In this document: piece by piece, positions 39,823 to 47,430 of the stretch
Layout of the letters: every line of letters starts with the position of its first letter
Position numbering within the stretch: position 1 is the stretch's first letter
IMG/VR virus record: IMGVR_UViG_3300042336_000327
Span: 1 to 64,000 of that record
Direction: 5' to 3' (one strand)
DNA: 64,000 nucleotides
From: an uncultured virus (IMG/VR IMGVR_UViG_3300042336_000327)
Taxonomy: Duplodnaviria > Heunggongvirae > Uroviricota > Caudoviricetes
The notes under the pieces: generated by a model
Told to the model about the DNA's origin: nothing
Databases searched by the model: none
What the model saw: the letters and a program-made list of their open reading frames with translations, nothing else
Position numbers and translations under genes: made by a program

Positions 39823-39830
39823 TCTAAATA
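39823..39830 (+). promoter_or_regulatory. Late promoter variant (TCTAAATA)
   Basis: Immediately after the terminator and before gp3. Confidence 0.55.
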
Positions 39831-39843
39831 AAAATAAAACACA

Positions 39844-40389
39844 ATGGCATCACCTTTTGCTAAACAAATTTCGAATAGGAATTTTTTATCGCCAATTGGA
39901 TTTAAATTTTCATTAGCAAAATATCCAAAGGTTGATTTCTTTTCGTCTTCCGCAAATATCCCAGAAATTAGCTTAGCAACTGCAATACAACCATCATACC
40001 TAAAAAATATTGATATTCCAGGGGAAAAATTAACATACGGAGATCTTCGTTTATCATTTATAGTTGATGAAAATCTAGAAAATTATTCTTCTGTACATAA
40101 TTGGTTAACTGGAATCGGATTTCCAGAATCCACAAGTCAATATAAAGAACTGACAACAAATGAAGATGATATAAGAGATCCAAATCTTGTTTTCAGTGAT
40201 GGTTCTCTTCATATTTTAAATAGCAACTTTAGAGATATTGCTATAATTAAATTTAAAGATTTATACCCAGTGTCTTTAAGTTCTTTGACTTTTGATGCGA
40301 AGGAACAGGACTATTCCTACTTTACAGCAGATGCCACTTTCAAGTATACTGTCTATAATATCCTGGATAAAAACGGCAAACCCCTATGA
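39844..40389 (+). CDS. gp3: Tail completion / tube terminator gp3
   Basis: NRNFLSP.GFKF, P.VDFF...ANIP.I and L.L.FIVDE.LENY motifs; directly after gp23. Confidence 0.85.
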   Translation: MASPFAKQISNRNFLSPIGFKFSLAKYPKVDFFSSSANIPEISLATAIQPSYLKNIDIPGEKLTYGDLRLSFIVDENLENYSSVHNWLTGIGFPESTSQYKELTTNEDDIRDPNLVFSDGSLHILNSNFRDIAIIKFKDLYPVSLSSLTFDAKEQDYSYFTADATFKYTVYNILDKNGKPL

Positions 40390-40817
40390 ATCTTGATGAA
40401 ATTCAGGAGATGTGGCAGAGAGATTCTGTCATCGACCCTGACAATTTACATGATGAGTCTTTAAAAATACCGCAACTTCATGCTAAGTATTATACAATCT
40501 ACAACACAATTACTTTATTGCGTGAAAGGGCAAGGGAGACTTATAACAGAGTTAAATTAGAACGTCATAATTACTACACAGGAAAGGCACCTATAGAGGT
40601 GTATGAAGAAGAACCCTTTCCATATAAAGTTAGGGACAAAGAGGCATTACAGAGGCATATGGATGGCGATGAAAAACTTTCTAAGGTAGAACTCAAGATA
40701 AGATACTATGACATTATGTTGAAGTTTCTTGAGGAAGTTATCAAGACAATTTCTAATCGCACATATCAAATCAAAAATGCTATTGAATGGCATAGGTTCC
40801 AAGCGGGGTTCAATTGA
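40386..40817 (+). CDS. uvsY: Recombination mediator UvsY
   Basis: W..DS.ID, SLKIP.LHAKY, YYTGKA and R.YQIKNAIEW motifs. Confidence 0.9.
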   Translation: MNLDEIQEMWQRDSVIDPDNLHDESLKIPQLHAKYYTIYNTITLLRERARETYNRVKLERHNYYTGKAPIEVYEEEPFPYKVRDKEALQRHMDGDEKLSKVELKIRYYDIMLKFLEEVIKTISNRTYQIKNAIEWHRFQAGFN

Positions 40818-40828
40818 CCCCCTTTTTT
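40805..40828 (+). terminator. Probable intrinsic terminator at the uvsY end
   Basis: GGGGT(T)-CAATT-(G)ACCCC stem followed by CTTTTTT. Confidence 0.55.
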
Positions 40829-40833
40829 ATGTC

Positions 40834-40841
40834 AATAAATA
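40834..40841 (+). promoter_or_regulatory. Late promoter (AATAAATA)
   Basis: Upstream of uvsW. Confidence 0.5.
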
Positions 40842-40862
40842 TTTTTGTATTGATATGAACTT

Positions 40863-42326
40863 ATGTCACACTTGGTTATATCGAAAAAGAATGAGGTATA
40901 TCTTCAGATAAAAGCAGAACCACACGTCTATTATGAACTTGCGGATCAGTTCACATTTGATGTGCCTGGAGCAAAATTCATGCCTCAGTTTCGCAATAGA
41001 CACTGGGACGGAAAGATACGTTTATTCAATACACAGACGGGCGAAATCTATGTCGGTCTATTAGATAAACTTACCCGTTTCTGTGAAACTCATGAATACA
41101 CTTATGAGTTTACAAACAATAAGTTTTATGGTCTTCCTTTTGAAGTCAATGATATGATCTCAAAAGAGGGAGTCAAGGATTATATGACTTCTATTTGCAA
41201 GTATGCTCCCCGCGAATACCAAGTTGAGGGAGTATACGACGCTTTAAAACATAATCGAAAGTTGTTGATATCTCCAACTGCCTCTGGAAAGTCGTTGATG
41301 ATATATTCGATTGTGAGATATTACGTTGAGAAAGGACAAAATACTCTGATAGTCGTGCCGACGACATCCCTTGTAGAGCAGATGTATAAAGACTTTGCAG
41401 ATTATGGGTGGGATGTGGGTTCATATTGCCACAAGATTTATGCAGGTAAAGAAAGAGAAACAGACTCTCAGGTAATCATTACGACCTGGCAGTCCATCTA
41501 CAAACTTCCCCGACAATATTTCTCAAGATTTAATGTGGTCGTTGGAGATGAAGCACACCAGTTTAAATCAAAGTCATTAGTATCTATAATGACAAAACTT
41601 TCAGATGCAAAATATCGTTACGGTTTTACAGGAACCCTAGACGGCACACAAACACATAAGTGGGTTTTAGAAGGTTTATTTGGTCCTTCATACAAAATCA
41701 TCAGAACAGAGGAACTGATGCAGAAGGGTCACGTTGCCAAACTGGATATTAATATTCTTCTATTGAAACATCCACCAAATAAGTTTGAAAACTTTGAAGA
41801 AGAAGTTCAGTATATTATCAACCATGAAAAGCGCAATAAGTTTATAAGAAACCTTGCCATTGATCTTAAAGGTAATACTTTAATTCTATTTTCAAGAGTA
41901 GAGGGTCATGGACAACCTTTGTACGAACTCATAAATAGTAGCACAGTTGAAGAACGTCATGTCTTCTTTGTTCATGGCGGTGTAGATACTGAGGACCGAG
42001 AAAAAGTCAGAGAAATTACTGAAAAAGAAAACAATGCAATAATAGTTGCTTCTTACGGGACTTTTTCTACTGGTATTAACATAAGAAATCTACATAATGT
42101 CATCTTTGCTTCCCCTAGTAAATCAAGAATCAGAAACCTCCAATCAATCGGAAGAGTCCTAAGAAAAGGTGACAATAAAACAAAGGCAACTCTATATGAC
42201 ATTGCCGATGATATTAGTTACAAGTCAAGAAAAAATTATACACTCAATCATCTAATAGAAAGAATCAAAGTTTATAACGAAGAAAACTTTAATTATGATA
42301 TTGTAAACATACCGCTTAAAAACTAA
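40863..42326 (+). CDS. uvsW: SF2 DNA helicase UvsW
   Basis: WDGKIRLF, SPTASGKS, GDEAH, GFTGT and QSIGR.LR motifs. Confidence 0.96.
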   Translation: MSHLVISKKNEVYLQIKAEPHVYYELADQFTFDVPGAKFMPQFRNRHWDGKIRLFNTQTGEIYVGLLDKLTRFCETHEYTYEFTNNKFYGLPFEVNDMISKEGVKDYMTSICKYAPREYQVEGVYDALKHNRKLLISPTASGKSLMIYSIVRYYVEKGQNTLIVVPTTSLVEQMYKDFADYGWDVGSYCHKIYAGKERETDSQVIITTWQSIYKLPRQYFSRFNVVVGDEAHQFKSKSLVSIMTKLSDAKYRYGFTGTLDGTQTHKWVLEGLFGPSYKIIRTEELMQKGHVAKLDINILLLKHPPNKFENFEEEVQYIINHEKRNKFIRNLAIDLKGNTLILFSRVEGHGQPLYELINSSTVEERHVFFVHGGVDTEDREKVREITEKENNAIIVASYGTFSTGINIRNLHNVIFASPSKSRIRNLQSIGRVLRKGDNKTKATLYDIADDISYKSRKNYTLNHLIERIKVYNEENFNYDIVNIPLKN

Positions 42327-42739
42327 TGGGAGAAGAGTTTTATTGTGTTATTAAATTAGTTTCTGGAGAAGAAATTCTTTCACTAATTTCCATTGATGAA
42401 AACGATGGAGATCCCATCATAGTCGCACAAAATCCACTAAGTTTTAAAATCGTTCATAGTCCCCATGGTTCATTTATCAAAGTTAAACCATGGATGGAAT
42501 TGACAGATGATGATGTATTTCTAATCAAATATGATAAGGTCATTACAATGACTGAAACAAGAGATAAAAAGATGATAGATATCTATAATGATTATATTGA
42601 TGATGATAGTATTGATGTCTATAAACCTTCTGGTCAAGTAGGAGTATCAACAGACATGGGATATGTCTCTACTGTCGATGAAGCCCGTAAGAAACTTGAA
42701 AAACTCTTTAATCAAAATAAGGAATCTAAAGATCTTTAA
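42326..42739 (+). CDS. Conserved hypothetical protein (Sm-like beta fold)
   Basis: IKLVSGEEI...NPL...KPWM pattern; occupies the usual position between uvsW and gp55. Confidence 0.75.
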   Translation: MGEEFYCVIKLVSGEEILSLISIDENDGDPIIVAQNPLSFKIVHSPHGSFIKVKPWMELTDDDVFLIKYDKVITMTETRDKKMIDIYNDYIDDDSIDVYKPSGQVGVSTDMGYVSTVDEARKKLEKLFNQNKESKDL

Positions 42740-42789
42740 TATTATTATCTTCAACCTTAACAAACGTAGTCTAGTCATATTTTTCTAAT

Positions 42790-42818
42790 TTGTCAAGACT
42801 CTGTGTTTGTGCTATAAT
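42790..42818 (+). promoter_or_regulatory. Sigma70-like promoter for gp55
   Basis: TTGTCA (42790-95), 17 nt, TATAAT (42813-18), with an extended -10 TG. Confidence 0.7.
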
Positions 42819-42853
42819 TAAGAAAATTAATATTAGGATAAAGATGACAAGCA

Positions 42854-43327
42854 ATGCCAAAGAAGAAATCAGAACATTATGTGAATAACAAAGAGTTATT
42901 AGAAGCACTTATCGTCTATAGGAACAAAGTTGCCGATGCCAAGGAAAAGGGATTACCCAAACCTCGCATTACAAACTATCTGGGCGAATGCTTTCTAAAG
43001 ATTGCAACTCATTTGTCATACAAACCAAATTTTGTGAATTATATGTTTCGGGATGATATGATTTCTGATGGCATAGAAAACTGTGTTCAGTATATTCACA
43101 ATTTTAATCCAGAGAAATCTCAAAATCCTTTTGCATATTTTACTCAAATCATTCACTACGCTTTTCTCCGTAGGATCCAGAAAGAGAAGAAGCAACTCGA
43201 TATCAAATCTAAAATTATTGAGAGAACAGGGTTTGATGAGGTTATGATGGTTGATGATAGCTTGCTTTCTGGGCACAGTAGCGACTATAATACCATTAAA
43301 GATAACATTACATACAGGAACCGATGA
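42854..43327 (+). CDS. gp55: Late-transcription sigma factor gp55
   Basis: HYVNNKE, YLGECFLKIA..LS.KPNF.NY, DMISDGIENC and NPFAYFTQI..AFLRRI motifs. Confidence 0.96.
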   Translation: MPKKKSEHYVNNKELLEALIVYRNKVADAKEKGLPKPRITNYLGECFLKIATHLSYKPNFVNYMFRDDMISDGIENCVQYIHNFNPEKSQNPFAYFTQIIHYAFLRRIQKEKKQLDIKSKIIERTGFDEVMMVDDSLLSGHSSDYNTIKDNITYRNR

Positions 43328-44361
43328 AGGTTGCCATCATTACAGATACGCATTATGGGGCAAGGAAGGGTTCTAAGTATCTTCATGATCACTTTGAACT
43401 CTTCTATAAGAATGTCTTCTTCCCTGCCCTTGAGGAGCATGGGGTAGAAGCAGTCATCCATATGGGAGATGCTTTTGATAGTCGTAAGTCAATCGATTAT
43501 CAAAGTTTAGAGTGGGCAAAGCGTGTTGTATTTGAACCCATGCGTAAGTATGAAGTCCATATGATTATTGGTAATCATGATTGTTATTACAAGAATACCA
43601 ATAGTGTAAATTCTCCAAACCTTCTACTTCAGACTTATCCTAATATTCGTACTTATAGTTCTCCTCAAACTGCTAAAGTTGGAAATCTTGATATCATGAT
43701 GCTGCCATGGATTTGCAGTGAGAATTATGAAGAGTCTTTAGTTCAGATCAAGAAGACCAAAGCAAAAGTTGCTATGGGTCATTTGGAACTTCAAGGTTTT
43801 CGTGTGAATCGAAATTTGATTATGGAGGAGCATGGACTGGAAGCAGATATTTTTAAGAACTTCACAAAAGTATTTTCTGGGCATTACCACACTCGTTCTG
43901 ATAATGGACGCATTTTCTATCTCGGTAATCCTTATGAAATGTACTGGACAGATGTGAATGATACTCGCGGATTTCATATCTTTGATACGGAAACCCTCAC
44001 TCACACTCCAATTAATAATCCTTATAAATTGTTTTATAATGTTTATTATGAGGATACTCCGTATCAGTTGTTCGATGCTTCTGAATATGAGAATAAAATT
44101 GTCAAGGTGATTGTTCGTAAAAAGACAAAACCAAAAGACTTTGAAAAGTTTATTGATAAACTCTATACTGCTGGAATTCAAGAACTCAAGATTGTTGAGA
44201 ACTTTGAGATTCAAGAAAATGAAGAGTTTGACATTGATGAAGAAGAGAGTACCATTTCAATTCTGAACCGCTATATTGATGAGGCAGAATTTGATTTTGA
44301 TAAAAACATTATCAAAGGAATATTTCAAGATTTGTATAAGCAAGCTTGCGAAGTCGAGTAA
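43324..44361 (+). CDS. gp47: Recombination endonuclease gp47 (Mre11/SbcD-like)
   Basis: Metallophosphoesterase motifs ITDTHYG, GDAFD, GNHD, GHLE and SGHYH. Confidence 0.95.
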   Translation: MKVAIITDTHYGARKGSKYLHDHFELFYKNVFFPALEEHGVEAVIHMGDAFDSRKSIDYQSLEWAKRVVFEPMRKYEVHMIIGNHDCYYKNTNSVNSPNLLLQTYPNIRTYSSPQTAKVGNLDIMMLPWICSENYEESLVQIKKTKAKVAMGHLELQGFRVNRNLIMEEHGLEADIFKNFTKVFSGHYHTRSDNGRIFYLGNPYEMYWTDVNDTRGFHIFDTETLTHTPINNPYKLFYNVYYEDTPYQLFDASEYENKIVKVIVRKKTKPKDFEKFIDKLYTAGIQELKIVENFEIQENEEFDIDEEESTISILNRYIDEAEFDFDKNIIKGIFQDLYKQACEVE

Positions 44362-44630
44362 TGTATCTTCTAACTCTTAAAGATAGAAAGGATGATGGTG
44401 CCTATGCAGTCCATGACAAGTATGGAGAAAAAGTTCTTTTTATGTTTGAAGAAGAAGATGATGCAGTAAGATACGCCTTAATGTTAGAAGACGATGCCAA
44501 TTATTCTAAAGAAATGGAAGTCGTTGAAGTTGATGATGATATTGCAATAAAGACTTGTAAAATGCATAATTACAAATATGCTGTGATTACATCTAATGAC
44601 ATTGTTATTCCTCCTATTCCTAAATCATGA
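44361..44630 (+). CDS. Conserved hypothetical protein
   Basis: The ATG at 44361 overlaps the gp47 stop (TAATG); GAYAV...LFMFEEEDDA.RYA. Confidence 0.75.
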   Translation: MYLLTLKDRKDDGAYAVHDKYGEKVLFMFEEEDDAVRYALMLEDDANYSKEMEVVEVDDDIAIKTCKMHNYKYAVITSNDIVIPPIPKS

Positions 44631-46357
44631 TAACTTTTAAAAAAATTCGTTGGAAAAACTTTTTAAGCACTGGAAATCATTGGAGCGAAATTGATTTTCA
44701 GAAAAATCATACTAATTTGATTATTGGTACAAATGGTGCTGGTAAATCGACAGTTCTTGATGCTCTAACGTTTGCACTTTTTAATAAACCATTTCGTAAG
44801 ATCAACAAACCTCAATTGGTTAATACTACGAATGAGAAAGATTGTCTTGTCGAGATTGAGTTCTCTGTGAATAGTAGGGACTATCTTGTCCGTCGTGGCA
44901 TCAAACCAAATATTTTTGACATTGAAGTGAATGGCGTTTCTCTGCATAAAGAAGCAGATGATAGAGCAAATCAACGTATTTTAGAAGAAAATATCCTCAA
45001 GGTTAATTACAAGTCTTTTACTCAGATTGTGATTCTGGGTTCTAGCACTTTTGTACCCTTTATGCAATTGACCACTGCGAATCGTCGGGAAGTGATTGAG
45101 GACCTTCTGGATATTCGTATTTTCTCTGCGATGAATAATCTCATTAAGGATAAGATTCGTGAGAAAAAGGATCAGATTAAATCTCTTGAACTTAAGAAAG
45201 AAACTCTTAAGGATAAGATGAAGATGCAGCAGGAGTTTATTGAGGAACTTGAGAATCGTGGTAATGCCAATATTAATGTCAATAAAGAAAAGATTGCCAA
45301 TTTAGATGCCGAAGTTGGCATTTATATGACTGAAAACTCTAAGACCGAAGAGCAGATTTTTGCTTACACTAAGGAACAGGAAGAAGTCATTGGTGCTGAT
45401 GATAAGTTAGTAAAGCTTAACAATCTAAAGGGTAAGATTTCTCAGAAAGTATCTGTGATTACGAAAGAACATAAGTTTTTCACAGAAAATACGGTATGCC
45501 CTACCTGTACTCAAACTATAGAAGAAGAGTTTCGGTTAAATAGAATTGCAGACGCTCAAAATAAAGCAAAGGAACTCCAGAAAGGTTTTCAAGAACTTGA
45601 GGAGACTATAAAGTTAGAACAGGAGAGAGAGCGTCAATTCACAGTTCTATCTAAGGAGATTACGAAACTCAACCATGAGATTTCTCAAAACAATACTCGG
45701 ATTTCCCTCAACCAGAGACAAATACGAGACCTTGAATCTGAAATTCAAACTATTACCCAAAACCTTGCAAACAGAAATACTGAGCATGAGAAGTTAGAAG
45801 AATTTCAAACCAATCTCCAAAAAACATTCGAAGACCTTTCAAAGAAAAAAGAAGAAATCGTTTATTACGATTTTGCCTATTCCTTACTCAAGGACGATGG
45901 CGTTAAAACGAAGATAATCAAAAAGTATCTTCCGTTCATAAATCAGCAGGTGAATCGTTATCTTCAGATGATGGATTTTTATATCAACTTCCATCTTGAT
46001 GAAGAGTTTAACGAAACGGTAAAGTCTCCCATTCACGAAGACTTTTCTTATAGTTCATTCAGTGAAGGTGAGAAAATGAGAATTGACCTGGCACTCCTCT
46101 TCACTTGGAGAGAAGTGGCACGAGTCAAAAATTCCGTCAATACCAATCTGCTGATTATGGATGAGGTGTTTGATTCTTCACTCGATGGATTTGGCACCGA
46201 TGAGTTCCTTAAGATTATTCGTTATGTGATTAAGGATGCTAATATTTTTGTGATTTCCCATAAGACAGACCTTCATGACAAATTTGAAAGTGTCATAAGG
46301 TTCGAGAAAGTCAAAGGTTTTTCCCGTAGAATGTCTGCATCGCCACAAGACGAATGA
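44627..46357 (+). CDS. gp46: Recombination ATPase gp46 (Rad50/SbcC-like)
   Basis: KNFLSTGN, Walker A GTNGAGKST, zinc hook CPTC, FSEGEK signature and LIMDEVFDSSLD. Confidence 0.96.
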   Translation: MITFKKIRWKNFLSTGNHWSEIDFQKNHTNLIIGTNGAGKSTVLDALTFALFNKPFRKINKPQLVNTTNEKDCLVEIEFSVNSRDYLVRRGIKPNIFDIEVNGVSLHKEADDRANQRILEENILKVNYKSFTQIVILGSSTFVPFMQLTTANRREVIEDLLDIRIFSAMNNLIKDKIREKKDQIKSLELKKETLKDKMKMQQEFIEELENRGNANINVNKEKIANLDAEVGIYMTENSKTEEQIFAYTKEQEEVIGADDKLVKLNNLKGKISQKVSVITKEHKFFTENTVCPTCTQTIEEEFRLNRIADAQNKAKELQKGFQELEETIKLEQERERQFTVLSKEITKLNHEISQNNTRISLNQRQIRDLESEIQTITQNLANRNTEHEKLEEFQTNLQKTFEDLSKKKEEIVYYDFAYSLLKDDGVKTKIIKKYLPFINQQVNRYLQMMDFYINFHLDEEFNETVKSPIHEDFSYSSFSEGEKMRIDLALLFTWREVARVKNSVNTNLLIMDEVFDSSLDGFGTDEFLKIIRYVIKDANIFVISHKTDLHDKFESVIRFEKVKGFSRRMSASPQDE

Positions 46358-46500
46358 AACTCCCCAACTGGCAACACCACTCTAAAAAGGAGCAGAAGCG
46401 GAAACTAAAACCGCAAGCACTCCGACAAGCAAAGGCACGTCGCCAAGCACTCAAGAAGCGTCTCCATCACGGGGACGCTTCTTATTTTATAAATATTTGA
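46354..46500 (+). CDS. Small very basic protein; not in the ORF track
   Basis: ATGA overlap with the gp46 stop; MKLPNWQHHSKKEQKRKLKPQALRQAKARRQALKKRLHHGDASYFINI* (48 aa). Confidence 0.65.
   Translation: MKLPNWQHHSKKEQKRKLKPQALRQAKARRQALKKRLHHGDASYFINI
46453..46488 (+). terminator. Stem-loop, probable terminator
   Basis: AAGAAGCGTCTCC-ATCAC-GGGGACGCTTCTT, a 13-bp stem with one G-U pair, followed by ATTTT. Confidence 0.6.
46488..46495 (+). promoter_or_regulatory. T4-type late promoter (TATAAATA)
   Basis: Exact consensus 21 nt before the ATG at 46517. Confidence 0.7.
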
Positions 46501-46516
46501 AAAAGTATTTGTAACA

Positions 46517-47278
46517 ATGGAATCAAAAGAAATTTTAGGCATGATGAGTGCCTATTCTTCTATCTACGAAAAGAAAGAAGAACCCGAAATGGAAGAGGGT
46601 GAGAAGGAAGAATCTGAGAAGGATGAAGGTGGAAAGCACAAAGAAGGTAAGCATAAAAAAGGTAAAGAAGAGAAGGGTGAAAAGGTAACTGAAAAGGAAG
46701 ATGAAGATAAAGAAGATGAAAAGAAAATGAAGGAAGAAGTTGAACTTGATGAAGCAGGTCTTCCATATGGTCCAGTAGGGAGAGGATTTAAAAAACTTCC
46801 TCCTGGAAAAAAGAGAGAAGCAATGATCAAGAGAGCAGGTGCATTGAGAACACAAGCTATGAAAGATGATGGTGATGGTGGTAAGGGATCTCCTAGAGGA
46901 AAAATGGGTGAGATTAATGATGCTTTAACAAATCCAAGACTTCGTGAAGAGACAGATCTCTTTGACTACATTCTTGAGCATCTAGTTGCCGAAGGTTACG
47001 CAGACACCAACAAGGCAGCACTTGCCATTATGGCAAATATGAGTGAAGAGTGGAGAGAAGATATTATTGAAGATATTAGAGGTGCGATTACTTATAATCC
47101 AAATACTCGTATTGGAAAAATAAAAAGAAGAATAAAAGGTTCTACTCCAGAAAAAAGAGAAGCAAGAACAAGAGCATATCAGGGAAATAGATCTGATGCA
47201 GCTGGAAGATATGGTGCAAGTCAAAGTAATCCTTATGATGATAATAGAGGAGATATACCTAGTTTAAGAGGACTCTAA
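46517..47278 (+). CDS. Highly charged modular hypothetical protein; probable capsid-internal protein
   Basis: E/K-rich linker, basic modules and a DLFDYILEHLVAEGYADT..AALAIMANMSEEW helical module; has its own late promoter. Confidence 0.75.
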   Translation: MESKEILGMMSAYSSIYEKKEEPEMEEGEKEESEKDEGGKHKEGKHKKGKEEKGEKVTEKEDEDKEDEKKMKEEVELDEAGLPYGPVGRGFKKLPPGKKREAMIKRAGALRTQAMKDDGDGGKGSPRGKMGEINDALTNPRLREETDLFDYILEHLVAEGYADTNKAALAIMANMSEEWREDIIEDIRGAITYNPNTRIGKIKRRIKGSTPEKREARTRAYQGNRSDAAGRYGASQSNPYDDNRGDIPSLRGL

Positions 47279-47287
47279 TCCTTATGA
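47227..47287 (+). repeat. 12-bp direct repeat TAATCCTTATGA
   Basis: Copies at 47227-47238 and 47276-47287. Confidence 0.85.
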
Positions 47288-47353
47288 AAAGGCATCCGAT
47301 GCTGCATTAGATGCAAGGTATGGTTATGCACAAAGACTTCGGGATGAATGAAA

Positions 47354-47408
47354 CCACTTTCCAAACTGGCACATAAGAGGGTCTAACCACCCTCTTTTTT
47401 TGTATGAT
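47354..47408 (+). promoter_or_regulatory. Early-promoter-like element with embedded terminator hairpin
   Basis: CCACTT-N4-AACTGGCAC, hairpin AAGAGGGT/ACCCTCTT plus T run, then -10 TATGAT at 47403. Confidence 0.65.
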
Positions 47409-47430
47409 GGTTCCATAAGAAATCAAACCT

